A program made the position numbers and the translations under genes. The notes under the pieces were generated by a model that made no database searches, had not been told where the DNA came from, and saw only the letters and a list, made by a program, of their open reading frames with translations. DNA of 64,000 nt from the human T2T-CHM13v2.0 reference genome, Homo sapiens, in NCBI GenBank assembly GCA_009914755.4, contig CP068257.2:37824001-37888000 (forward strand), written 5' to 3'. Positions 1 through 12,803 of this stretch are shown piece after piece. The number at the start of each line of letters is the position of its first letter. Positions within the stretch are counted from its first letter, which is position 1.

Positions 1-605
1 TGAAGCCACTGAGTTTGTGGTAATTTGTTATAGCAGCAATACAGAACTAATACAGGTACCTTGAAAAACATCACAAATTAAAATGAGACTAAAAGCAGGC
101 TATTAAATGCAAATGAATTGCACTGTTATAAATTTCAAGAAGTCAGAGAAGATGGTGAGTTCAAACGTTTTGGGGAAATATCTTAATTGTTCCAGAAACC
201 AGCTTGCTTTACCTTGCCTTGGACTATATCTAGGAACAAGATGACCAACCTGAGATAGCTGGTGGGATTGTTTGCTTTGGAAAAATGAGCTGGAGAAAAC
301 AGCCGACCCTCTCATAAGCACTCCATGAAGACTTTTTTTTAAAGCAGGTGGCTTTCCTGCAGAGGCAGTGGCAGAAGCATGGCTGAAGGCTGAGAAAGCA
401 GAGTGAAGTAGTTGTAAGGGGGAGGAGTGACAAAGAGGCGTCAGGTAGCTGGCAAAGTTAGGAAATTAATTAGAGCTAACAAATTAACTGAGGACATAAG
501 TAAATATACTTAGAATCATGGGGTCAAATTTCTTACTGTCTGAAAGAGGGAAGGCTGGAAAGAACCCTGAAATGTTGGATTAGAATGAGAAATGCTAGGT
601 TCAAA

Positions 606-718
606 TACACACACATACACACACAAGGAGGTATATACAGTTACAGATCTATGTGCATATATATCTATAAATGTATGTGTATGTGTATATGCATATGTAT
701 GTATATGTGTGCGTGTAT
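606..718. repeat. Compound (CA)n/(TA)n/(TG)n microsatellite
   Basis: cacacatacacacacaagg...atgtgtatgtgtatatgcatatgtatgtatatgtgtgcgtgta. Confidence 0.85.
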
Positions 719-982
719 TTTTCCCCTAACTCTGCTGAGAGGGCCTAGAATCAACGACACCCCAGAAACAATGAGTACACTGTGTACCATTCTCCACTAA
801 ATACCATTCTCTGCTATAATGAATTGGGGTTCCTTGGAGAAATGGATGATCCTAAGCCTGAGGCAGGCAAAGAGAAGAAAGGCTGGTGTGTATCAAAAGG
901 GCACAGGAGCCAGCTTTAAGAAGCTCCCACTAGTCAAAGATAGGGCAATTTGAACATCAATACCAATAAGGAGGATACATCA

Positions 983-1170
983 GCCTGAGCAACACAGGGA
1001 GATGCCATCTCTATAAAAAACAAAACAAAACAAATTAGCTGGGTGTGGTGGTACACACCTATGGTCCCAGCTACTTGGGAGGCTGAGGCTGCAGTGAATT
1101 TGATCATGCCAACACTGCACTCCAGCCCGGACAAGAGTGAGACCCTGTCTCAAAAAAAAACAAAACAAAA
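983..1170 (+). mobile_element. Alu (5'-truncated, right arm)
   Basis: ttagctgggtgtggtggtacacacct...gcactccagcccggacaagagtgagaccctgtctcaaaaaaaaa. Confidence 0.8.
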
Positions 1171-1669
1171 TGGGATTTACCACGTCAGAGTATCTCTTCC
1201 CAAAGCACTAATCAAATGCAAAGGGAAAACAGGTGGCTATGGAGAAACCTGGCAGATTTGTGCTTGAACAGGTAATCAAGGTTCATGTCACCAGGGTGGG
1301 ACAGGTGACATTCACTAGTGTCCACGGGCACTTGAGAAGATCACAGCACCACTTCTGTGGTCTTTCTGCCACAAGCACAGCCTGTCTGGTTAGAAAAAAA
1401 CATCAGCCAGACCCAAGTTCAGGGTCTTCCTATTGAATGAAAGGCTTAAACTCTAAACTCTTTGACAAAAATGTTAAATGAACAGAAAAGCTCTTCTCTA
1501 AGCTTATAAATGTGGTATTATATAGCTAAGATAATCAATATCTTACGGTTTTCAAGAACATTATTTCAAACACTTTATCTACTTTTATGTGTCCCAATTT
1601 TTTGCTTCAGAAATTTTGCGAGTCACTCTAAACATTGACAAAGGGAGGTTATGATTCTTAACACTGATT

Positions 1670-1950
1670 GGCCTGGCGTGGTGGCTCACACCTGTAATCC
1701 CAGCACTTTGGGAGGCTGAGGTGGGCAGATCACTTGGGCCCGGGAGTTTGAGAGCAGCCTGGGCAACATGGTGAGACCCTGTTCCTAAAAAAAAATTAGC
1801 CGGGTGTGACAGTCCCAGCCACTCAGGAGGCTGAGCCCAGGAAGTCAAGGCCGCAGTGATGCAGTGAGCTGTGATCGCACAACTACATTCCAGCCTGAGG
1901 GATGGAGTGGGACCCTGTTTCAAAACCAAAAAAAACCAAACGAACAAAAC
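1670..1950 (+). mobile_element. Alu (full length with an internal deletion); TSD AACACTGATTG
   Basis: ggcctggcgtggtggctcacacctgtaatcccagcactttgggaggctgagg ... A-rich tail. The 11-bp direct repeat aacactgattg lies on both flanks (1659-1669 and 1948-1958). Confidence 0.85.
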
Positions 1951-2499
1951 ACTGATTGAGAGGCAGTATACTGTGGAAGAAAAAAGGTATGTTCCCAGTT
2001 CTGCCAATACAACTAGCTATTAGGCCTCAAATGTCTAAGGCAAGAAATTAGGTGATTTCTCAGTGACATATAAGGTCCAGTCTAGCACTAAAATCCATAA
2101 ATGAAATATACCTATATATATAAGCAATTTCAAGTTTATTTGATAACATGAAAATGTGCCACGTTCAAAGTTTGGATGGTTACAGACTAGCTATGCTATG
2201 TAGGTTTTGGTAATTTAACAACTTTATATATTTTAGAACAAATGTTTTAATTCACTACCCGACTGACACCCTAGTCACCTTCAGGATAAGAACCCGTGCC
2301 TCTCTACTTCCACCAAGTGGTGGCAAGTGCAATGTACGGCACTGAGTAAAGGGCTACAAATCTTTACACAAGTACCCGTTTTTAGCTACCCTGACACAAC
2401 ATTCTTTTTAATTTTCAGTGTTTGCCTGATTATTTTTACTAGATTTTCATTCTATTTTAATAGAATTGTACTAAAACACACGGCGCTTAGTATCTCTTA

Positions 2500-2620
2500 C
2501 ATATTAGAATGTTCATTTCATTCATTCTTTCAGCACCCATCTGAGTGCTTACTATGTGCCAGGCACTATGTGGGGTGTGGAGATACAATGATGAACACAA
2601 ACAGCAAATGTTTCTATTTT
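2500..2620 (-). mobile_element. MIR SINE fragment
   Basis: agtgcttactatgtgccaggcactatgtgg matches the reverse complement of the MIR core. Confidence 0.5.
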
Positions 2621-4365
2621 TGTGGGCCTTATGTCAGTAATGAACTAATCATAATAGTGACTGTCCAGAGTGTCTTCAAGGAAGGAGATACAACTCTGAA
2701 GATAAAGAAACCTGATCCTGACAGCGATCAGGGAAGTTATCCCTGTAGAAGTACTGTCTGAGTTGAGATAGGAAGGGTCAGTGGGAACTAATTAGGCAAG
2801 AGAGGATGAGAGGGAGGAGGGAAAAACAATGCAGACAGAGAGGAAAGAATGCCAAGGCCTGGTGGGTGGAGGAGGCCCATGTGGCTGAAGCCCAGTGAGA
2901 AGGGCCAGCGGTTTCAGATGAGTCTTGAGACGCAGGCGGGGGTGAACAGCTGCAGGGCCTTCGGAAGGCGTGTTTATGATGTGGATCATTAATCCAAGGG
3001 CAATGGGAAGCTAGCTGTAGGCAAAAGAGGGAGGCGGGAGGGGTGGCATAATCAGCTCTGCCTTCTGAAGGTTACTCTGGCTGCAGGGTGAAGAATCGAG
3101 AAAAGCCAGAGGGAATGTGGGGAGACAAGCTGGTACAGGACTGCGGCAGGCTGAATGAAGGTGGTGGTTTGCACTTGGGTGTCCACGACAATGAAGAGAT
3201 GTGAAAGATGCCCAGGAGACAACCTCACCTGGGCTTAAGGATTCACTGGGTGTTGGGGTGTGATAAGGGTCAAGGAGGAATCCTAGGTACAATGGAAGAG
3301 GTTCCAGCTGGGGTTGGGAAGTGGGGTTGTTTGGTTTTGTGCATGTTGAATTGGAGGAGACTGAGTGGTATTAAGAAACACTGTCACGCAGCTAGCTGAA
3401 CGTACGAGTCTAGCTGAGAAAGGGTCAAGTTGGAGAAAGGTAGGAGTCAAGAGCACAGGGCTGGAACTTAAAAGCTGTGCGTGTGAATCTGTGCCTTGTG
3501 CTAGATGAAGGGGCGCAATGGAGAATAAAATGGGAACAGATGCCGAGCTTTGAGAATCTCCAATATTAAGGAGCCTGGGAGAGGAGGGTGAGCCAGAATG
3601 GCAGCAGGAAAAGCAGAAGAGTCAGGGATGGTCACAGAAGCCAAGGGAAGACAGTGTTTGTAGAGTGAAATGGGGGCAGCAGTTTCAGATGCCGCTGAGA
3701 GATTGAGCAAGACAAAGCCTGAAAAAGTCTCATTCCTGGTTTTTGTTTTAGCAGAGATGAAGAGGGAAGCCATACTGGCTGAGGAGTGAGAGACAAATAA
3801 TAGAGGCATTGAATATGGCAGTTCTTTAAAGTTTGCCTGTCGAAAGGGATAAGGGATTGGACAATAACTGGAAACTGAAGGGGAACGTGGGGTCAAAGAA
3901 GATTCTTTTTTTCTCTTTTGTGATGGGAGACTTGAACATGCTTCAAAACCATGGCAAAGAGCCAGCTGAGATGGAACAGGTGATCATACAGGAGAGGGAA
4001 TGTATACCTGACAGGGTAGAGTTTTTGGCGAGTGGAAAGCGATGGGATCCAAAGCACGGAGAGGGAGTGGCCTTGGTTAGGAGGAGGAAGGAAGGTAGGA
4101 ACAGATATAAGTAAGGCTTGCAGTTTTGGGAGCTGAAGAATGAGGGGATTCCCATGTGACAGCTTCAAGCTTCTCTATGAAGTGACAGCACAAGGGCGTG
4201 GTGGGAGATCAAATCTGAGGAAAATGGTCATTTATGAAATGCAATCTCCTACAGACCCTCAGCTAACCGTGGCAATCCTACTCTGTTACTTTGGTTAATT
4301 GGGGTTTTACCTGATGGCAAAAGAGAAAAGATGGGGCTAGGAGTTTAAGAGAGTGGCAAGGGTAG

Positions 4366-4673
4366 GGCCGGGCGCAGTGGCTCACGCCTTTAATCCCAGC
4401 ACTTTGGAAGGCCGAGGCAGGCAGATTACCTGAGGTCAGGAGTTTGAGACCAGCCTGGCCAACATGGTGAAACCCCATCTCTACTAAAAATACAAAAATT
4501 AGCTGGGCATGGTGGCGTACACCTGTAATCCCAGCTACTCAGGCCGAGGCAGGAGAATTGCTTGAGCCCAGAGATGGAGGTTGCAGTGAGCCGAGATCTT
4601 GCCACTGCACTCCAGCCTGGCCGACAGAGTAAGGCTCTGTCTTAAAAAAAAAAAAAAAAAAACAACAAAAAAA
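4366..4673 (+). mobile_element. Alu (full length, S-type)
   Basis: ggccgggcgcagtggctcacgcctttaatcccagcactttggaaggccgaggcaggcagattacctgaggtcaggagtttgagaccagcctggccaacatggtgaaacc ... poly-A. Confidence 0.9.
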
Positions 4674-5994
4674 GAGAGATTGGCTAGGGGCCTTAGCTCC
4701 TTGAGGGCAGGGACCTGTCACATTGATCGCGGTATCAGCACCCAGGTACTTACTATTCAAAATGATCAGCATACGGATGATCATTTGTCTGCATCTCAGT
4801 TTGCCTCTTTTGGTGCTTCTCTAAAAAATAAAAAAGGAAGAGCTTAAACTCCTACATGATTCCTGTCTTTGCGCTGGCAAGAAGGCTCTGGGTTCTTTTG
4901 TTCTTCAGGACAGTCCCTTGTAAAGCTCTTGCCATAGTTCTGTTCCAGGGGCACTGTCATATTTATACCTAACAAAGCTAAGGGGTGTCTTTACATTTTT
5001 AGCTTGTTAGCAGGATGCTTATATGGCCTTGTTGACCCGGTTTAAAAGTTGCAATTTGCAAAATACATACTGAAAATACTGCACTTTTACCTATGGAAGT
5101 TGTAATTTATATAAGGAAATTGTAATTTATATAATCCTTTAAAAAACTTACTCATACGAAATAACAGAGAACGGGGAAATACCATTAAGACGGTCATGCT
5201 CAAGTGGGGGAGGGGCAGACTCAGGGAAACCAATTAGGAAGCAAGTAAAATAATCCACGCACCAGATGATGGGGGCCTGGACCAAGGTGGTGACAGTGGC
5301 GGTTGAGAGAAATGGTAGAATTGTGAATCTATTCTGGGTGCATTTTGAAGGCAGTGCTGACAGACTGAAGGTGAGGAAGAGAAAAACAGGACTCAAGCAG
5401 GATGCAAGACTCGGGCAACTGGAGGATGGAATTTCCAGCAACTATGATGGATTAAGATTGTGGGAGGACAGGCTTGGCTTGGGGAATTATTGAGCGCTAT
5501 CTTGGACGAGCTGTGTTTGAGATGCCGTAGACATCCAAGTAGGGATGTGGCAGGCAGCTAAATGCAGGGATCTGGTGTTCAGGGGAGGGGCGAGGGCTGG
5601 GAATGCACACTTGGGGCTCACTGGAATTCAGATAGGCTCTGAGTACAGGCGACTGGATGAGTTCATCTAGGGATTGAGTGTAGACAGAAAAAAGGCTCAA
5701 GCTCACATTCAGCCGTGAAAAAAAACTGGTCTCTGAAAAAAGTTAACCGTTGGCTTAAGTGTGGCAACGAAACGTTAACACGCTGAGGGGAGGGTGCGGA
5801 TAAAGAGCCCCGAGGCTGGGTGAGTGGGGGACAAACACAGACAGAGAAGACATTTCAAAAGATTTAGATTCCTACGAGATAGGGAGATGCCAGCGCTAAG
5901 GTTAGAAAGAAAAACTAATCCAAAGCAAAACAGCAAGTAAGCAGAGGCAAAATCGGAGGTCAGATAGAAGATTCAGATAGAAAAACCCCAAAGT

Positions 5995-6690
5995 TCCCTC
6001 GGTGGGGCGGCGGTGAGATCGGCCTCCGCCCCCTCGCCAGACCCAGGCGCGGCCCCGGGAGCGCTAGGTCACCTCGGCCCAGGCCGTCCCCCTGCCCAGC
6101 GGGCCTGAGAGTACGTGTGTCGCCGGGGCGCCCGGTCACTGCCGAGCCGGGGTAGCTGTTCCTTGGCAAACTGTGCCGCGAGGAGGAAACGGCGGGGCGC
6201 CAGCGAGGCAGGCAGGGGCGAGGACTGAGTGACCGGCGATACTGGAAGCCCAGAAAGAGCGTAGCAGGAGGGTCCGGAAGGGCCCAGAGCTGGGGCTGTA
6301 ACAGGGTAACCGGCTGAGGGGGACGACGGCAGCAGCGGGGCCGTTACCTGCTCCGCGCTGTTCCCACGACTGCGCCAACGCCGCAGCACCGGCGCGTCGC
6401 CATGGAAACCCGCGCGCGGGGCCTCCTGGGAAGCGCCGGCCTGCGAGGGCTGGGCGCGCGCATGCGCACTCGGGCAGCAGGAGCCGCGGCGGGGAGGGGC
6501 GTCTTGGGCCTGGAGGTCAGTGTGGCCTCGCGTTTGTCTTCGGTGACGGGAAGTGAGTTTCTTGTGTAGACGTCTGTAAACGATCCTCCTGCCGTCCCTG
6601 TTCGGCGCCCGGGACCCTGCCTTCCCGCGTGGCCGCACCGAGACGAGGGAGCCTGTCACGCGCTCTGGCGCTCTCCTGACCTCTTAAGGC
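5995..6690. promoter_or_regulatory. CpG island; probable bidirectional (head-to-head) promoter for SH3BGR (+) and the upstream minus-strand neighbour
   Basis: About 700 bp with very high GC and dense CpG (cgccatggaaacccgcgcgcggggcc..., gcgcgcatgcgcac), in contrast to the CpG-depleted flanks. Palindromic NRF1-type motif GCGCATGCGC at about 6458-6467. Plus-strand donor-like sites follow an uATG at 6402: GAG|GTCAGT at 6516 and GAAG|TGAGTT at about 6554. A minus-strand donor (GCAG|GTAACG, reverse complement of 6341-6353) points the other way. Confidence 0.6.
6402..6553 (+). other. SH3BGR: Candidate non-coding first exon of SH3BGR (5'UTR; its 5' boundary/TSS is unknown; the span begins at an uATG and ends at the second candidate donor)
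   Basis: Lies in the CpG island. An ATG at 6402 opens a 38-codon uORF that ends exactly at the consensus donor GAG|GTCAGT (6516). A second possible donor is at 6554. Splicing either to the acceptor at 12489/12490 leaves the uATG out of frame with the SH3BGR ORF, so this exon would be untranslated leader. Inference only. Confidence 0.35.
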
Positions 6691-7636
6691 TCTGTCAGTC
6701 TTAGGTAACTTGAGTCAGTAGGTGGGTGTAGACGCCTGGTCAATTCCTGGGAAGCACAGTTCCCCTATTAACCCCTTGTCATAAAGACGATTTTTTTTTT
6801 TTTTTTGTAAAACAAAATCTGATGACAAAACAATGCATGTTTGGCATAGAGAATTTAGAAATGTACAGGCAAGTCCAAAGCAAAAGTCAAAATCACCTAG
6901 ATGATGGAGTTATAGATGTTTTTTAATGACAGCATAGGAATTTGGCATAATTTAGGAAGACTTACATTGTTTCCTTTTATTTATTTACTTTTTTTCCTGC
7001 ATCAAAGCCATGTTGAATATCCTTGCAGATGAATCTTTGAGGTCACCCCTGACTGTTTCCTTAGGATAAATTCCTACAAGCGAGGTTGCAGGGCCAAAGC
7101 ATATGCTCACTTTGAGGCTTTCTAAAGGTAGAGGGAAACTGCCTTCCAGTAAGTGTCCCGATACTTGGCCCGCATTGGAAATTCTCTTTTTTCTTAAAAT
7201 TTTTTTGCCCATTTTATTGTCAAAAATTGGCATCTTTAATTGTATTCACTTCCTTTTTAGTAGGAAGAATAGACTTTTTCCCATATCTTGAGTGCCATTT
7301 GTCCTTATTGTGTGATTTGCATTTTCCTGTCTTTTGTCCATTTTAAAACTTGACATTCATCTTTGTAAAAATGGGTTTTGTAAGGACTTTTGATGCTTGA
7401 AAACTTGGCTTGTGATATACGTTGCAAATATTTCCTCAATTTGTCAGTTACCTTTAATTTTGTTTACAGTGTATTTTGGTATTTGTGTAGAGTCAAGCTT
7501 ATTACATTTCTCTATAGTTTCTGCATTTGGTTTTTATATAAAAGGAGAAACGGGTGTTTTTTTTCAAATTGACTTTAATCCTACTTTGGTAGAAGTGGGT
7601 TAGGACAAGCTTTCTCTCCATATCACCATTTCTTCC

Positions 7637-7688
7637 TCTAGAAATGCATGACCCACCCTGAGTTTTGGTGGGCCATGCATTTCTAGAA
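7637..7688. other. Isolated near-perfect 21-bp inverted repeat (hairpin) with a 10-nt spacer
   Basis: tctagaaatgcatgacccacc ctgagttttg gtgggccatgcatttctaga. The arms are complementary at 20 of 21 positions. Confidence 0.7.
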
Positions 7689-8040
7689 CTCCTTAGGTAG
7701 GGAATTATCCGTATAAGATGGGTGCCGGTTGTTTTTGCTGGTGGTGGTGGGCGGGGCAACATCTCCAGGTAGGCAAACATTAGACAAATGTCACTCTAGA
7801 CTTGACATTATGGAAAGATGGGCTGATGCTTGGTGGGTGGTGGTGGCCCCATGACAGTAACGAGAGCGGAGTTTTGCCATTGCGGGAGCATCCAACCCTG
7901 GAGCTCAGGACTGGAGGAATTGAAAGGTAGAGTTTCCTGAGAATGGTTTCCTCCTCTTTTCTACCAGCTTTTCCCAGTCTGTAGACATGATAAGTCACTG
8001 CAAATCTGCCCTTGAATCTTTCTTTGCTTTCGCTTTTGCA

Positions 8041-8342
8041 TTTTTTTTTTTTTTTTTTTTGAGACGTATCACTCTATCGCTCAGGCTGGAATGCAGTGGC
8101 GCCATCCCAGCTCACCACAACCTCCGCTTCCTGGGTTCAGGTGATTCTCCTGCATCAGCCTCCTGAGTAGCTGGGATTACAGGTGTGAGTCACAACACCC
8201 GGCTAATTCTTTTTGTATTTTTAGTAGAGATGGGGTTTTGCGATGTTGGCTAGGCTGGCCTTGAACTCCTGACCTCAAGTGATCTGCCCGCCTCGGCCTC
8301 CCAAAATGTTGGGATTTCAGGCATAAGCCACCGTGCCTGGCC
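8041..8342 (-). mobile_element. Alu (full length)
   Basis: poly-T then gagacgtatcactctatcgctcaggctggaatgcagtggcgcc ... ccaccgtgcctggcc (reverse-complement Alu). Confidence 0.9.
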
Positions 8343-9129
8343 TTTGCTTTTGCTTTCGAAGGGGTATTCTTTTCTGTGTACACAATGGAAGGAGAAGAGC
8401 CATGGCCTTTCACTATTCTGGGGCCATCTCCATCATGCCACATAAAAAGCATAGCCTTTATTTCTCTATATTAGGTTCCTAGGTTCCTAGGGATGTCATA
8501 ACAGACTACCACGAACTTAGGGGCTTAGAACAATAGAACTTTATCTTCTCACATTTCTGGAGGTCAGAAGTATGAAACCAAGTTGTCTGAAAGTCCATGT
8601 TTCCTCTGAAGGCTCTTAGGGAGAATTTTTTGAGTCTTCCAGCTTATGGGGACTCCTGCTATTCCTTGGCTTGTGGCAGCACCACTCCAATTTCTGCTTC
8701 CATCTTCACAGGGTGTTCTTCTCTGTGTCTCCCTGTCTTGTCTTCTTATAAGGACAACCAGTCATTGGACTTAGGGCCCACCCTAAATCCAGGATGATTT
8801 AATCACAAGACCCCCTCAACTGATTACATCTGTAAAGACTCTATTTCCAAATAAGGTTACATGCTGAGGTTTGGCTGAACATGAATTTTGGTGAACAACA
8901 TTCAACCCACTACAGTTATTATGGTAATCATTTCCATCATTCTACATAATAAAGACGTGTCTTTATTTGTCATTTTAAGTTATCTGTAAAGTTATGTAAA
9001 TCAAAACATATCATCTGGTATCATTTATCATGAGATCATCTGGGGGTCTCTATGAAGTTTGTAGCCCAGTACCTCATGTCTTTAAATCAAAATTAATCAA
9101 ATCAAAAAGTGATGTTATTTGACTTGTTA

Positions 9130-9363
<234 letters not shown>

Positions 9364-11228
9364 TTACGTATTTTTGCATTATTAACTGCTATTAAGTAAG
9401 CAGAAACCAGCTTCGAAAAAGCATAGCCAACACAACTTCAGCTGGAAAATTTCCAACTGACCCCGATAGACTGCCTGATGCCAGCCAATGGAAACATTCC
9501 CTCCCTCAGTATGCGCCCCCACCCCCAAACGCCTTGCAGACCTACTACAACTCCAGTTGGACAAAGGACTGGTCTTATAAACATTCTTTATTGATAAACA
9601 GCTGCAGACCTCCAGCCAATTTTGGCCAGCTTATAGAAATTGCACATAAAATGTCTTTGTGCCCTATAGTTCACCTGTTGATATAAAGAGCCAAATTCCA
9701 TCCCATTTTAATGCTAGAACTCCACCCCAAGGTGAACATGGAATGTATGATACATATATGTTTACCCACTGCACACATGCCTGAATTTCCTCATAAATAT
9801 TAGTAGATCCTCTGCAACCTTGCTCAGTATGTATGTAAGGCTGACTCTGTAAGACACAGATACCAGCTCCTTCCTCCCTTCTGCAGCATGTGCATTTTTG
9901 GTTTTTTCTGTAAGCTGCATTCCCCAATCTGCAGGTTGTATCTCCCCCTAAAAATAAAATCTCCTTTCCTTCCTCCGTGGATCTCCTGGTCTTTGTGAAC
10001 AGACATAAACAGCAAGCACTGGAGATGTTGAATGGTTGGCTGCTTGCATCTTCACTAAATTATACACCTTCTTTCTGAAGTGGATTTTGTAAGTCAGGGG
10101 TTCATTGAGCTTTATTTTAAGATGCATTTGGAATGTTCGCTATTCCTGTTAATTATGTTGAAGCTCGTTTGTGTCATTAGTGTAATAATACATTAGAAGG
10201 AATCTTTCAGCTGGAGTTTTCAGATTTTTAATTTGTACATTTTTATGGTCATTTCGAAAAGAATAAACTTAAAAAAATTCATAGTGAAAAGGGGGCACTA
10301 GGAATTTGAGGGTAGCATCTCAGGAGCTTCTCATGTGGTGTGGAGAGGAATGGGTGAGGCTTAAGTCTTGGATATGCCATTTCCTATTCCCATCATCTCT
10401 AGTTCTGTGTCCTCATGGTGAGTGGGCATAATAATGGAACACAGTTTTAGGGTTCTTATACAGGTTAAGGGAGTGGCTTATGCAAAGCACCTAGAGCAGA
10501 TCTGGCACATGGACAACACCTACAAATTGTTAGCTGTTATTTGAGTAGGAAATTAATTTCTCCCCAGGGTTTGCAGATGGAGGAGGTGTCATTATTGAGG
10601 GCAGTTTTCACCTGATATAATCAAGAGATGCGTATTCTCTAGAGCACCTGAGAATCCAGCTATAGTTTATGCTACTAACTTACAAAGTCATTAGAAAATA
10701 TGCCCCCACTTTCTTCAAGAATATTTGGAGAAATATGGCATGCTTATGTGGCAGACTTTAAGGTGTGAAAATATATAATTGTATGAAAAAATAATACGTA
10801 CTGTAGAAATTTTGAAAATGCAGAAAAGAAAAACTGATCTGTAATCCTTGGTGTGCTTTAAAATAAAATTTATAATTCTACTGACTTAAATTTGGGGAAC
10901 CATTAATCATCTTCATCAAGGACCTTATTTTTGGAGCAGCTAACTTTGCATGTTGAAGCCAAAAGTTAAATGTTGGTAGTCACCTCAATCATTCATTGTG
11001 ATGTAGGGGCATTTAAGCGATATTCCAGGAACTGGGATATTCCGGGGACTGGGATGTCTTTTCTCGTTGCAGGCACCTACCTGAGGGGGTGGGAAACATG
11101 CCTCTGGGGCTCTGGGACTCAGGTGAAGAGGGAGTACAGAAGCCTGGGAGATTCCTCTCTGCTTCGGAACGTCGGTGCCACCCAGTCCATGATGGGCAGC
11201 AGGGGATTTTAAAAAGGGAGCCGGAGAA

Positions 11229-11246
11229 CAGAGAGAGAGAGAGACA
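11229..11246. repeat. (GA)n microsatellite
   Basis: gagagagagagagagaca. Confidence 0.8.
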
Positions 11247-11439
11247 GTAAGAGACTCAGTTATCTAAGCTAAATATCCCCCAAGTGCTTCTTGAAAAACT
11301 AGCCCTTTGTCCCTAATGCCCTTGATCTTGATTTTGAAATCTATCAGAAGAATTTGCATAACTGGCATTTGGGCTTCTTTGCTAGATTTTGTATTCCTTT
11401 AATTTAATTTGTTTGTTTGTTTGATTTGGTTTTGTTTTA

Positions 11440-11740
11440 GAGATAAGGTCTTGTTCTGTCACCCAGGCTGGAGTGCCGTGGGTGTGATCATAGCTCACTG
11501 CAGCCTCAAACTCCTGGCTAAAGGGCTCAAGGGATCCTTCCACCTCAGCCTTCCAAGTCGCTGGAAATACAGATACAGGCGCCTGCCAACATGCCTGGCT
11601 GTTTTTTTTTGTGTTATTGTTGTTGGTAAAGTCGTACCTCAGTATGTTACCCAGACTGGTCTTGAACTTCTGGGCTCACACAATCCTCCTGCCTTGACCT
11701 CCCAAGGTGTTGGGATTACAGGTGTGAGACACTGCCCCGG
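11440..11740 (-). mobile_element. Alu (older, J-like)
   Basis: gtcttgttctgtcacccaggctggagtgccgtgggtgtgatcatagctcactgcagcctcaaactcctgg ... ttgggattacaggtgtgagacactgccccgg. Confidence 0.85.
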
Positions 11741-12369
11741 ACCTTCTCTAACTTTTAACACAATTCAAAATACCTATATAAATATTAACATGTATAAACA
11801 CAAATATATATAAATAAACACAAAATACCTATGTAAACAAAGAGCCTGTTATAAACAGATTATTTTGGTTTTTTCCCCAAGCACTTTAAAATAGTTAATA
11901 AACTTCAAGTCAGTGACAAGTAAATAAAATAGTGAGACAATTGGCTTGTTGCAGCCATGAGTATTGAGAAGCCAGCGGCTATTTCCCTACCTCCCTGGAT
12001 GTCAGTGAAACTTTAGATGGCCCATGGCTGGTCAGTTTCTGTTCTTTAGGAGAAACAGGTGGGAAAGAGAGCACACTGGAAACAGCCACTCTTAAAGGCA
12101 TTTCTATTGTATGACAGTTTACTTAAAAATTTTTTTTTAACCTGCCAGGAAAAAAAACAAAGTTGCTCTTTACTTAAAGGCCTCTGTGGCTATTCTGACC
12201 CTTCCAGTTTATTTGTTTGCCAAAAGCCCTTTAAACCCAGCCTCCTCCTAGACTGAGGTGGTGTTTTCTGGGCTTTTCCAGCTCCCAAGAGCTCCTCCCT
12301 CACTTCTTTCGCCTCCTGCTGCTCTGTTACCGGGGCCCCACCTCCCTTGGCCCCAAGGCATCTCTGCAC

Positions 12370-12803
<434 letters not shown>

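Noticed and set aside
1585-2007. 140-aa minus-strand ORF; similarly 47738-48196 (152 aa), 19291-19698 (135 aa), 22492-22794, 62472-62783 and many others containing motifs like [24 protein letters not shown]
   Set aside because: Classic Alu-derived reading frames; stop-free runs inside Alu consensus on either strand.
6069-6659. Longest ORF in the track (196 aa, minus strand; Arg, Pro, Gly and Ala rich) plus the overlapping ORFs 5960-6169 and 6136-6378
   Set aside because: It lies wholly within the CpG island. High GC suppresses stop codons and the composition is low complexity. No domain-like sequence. Interpreted as promoter and 5'UTR DNA.
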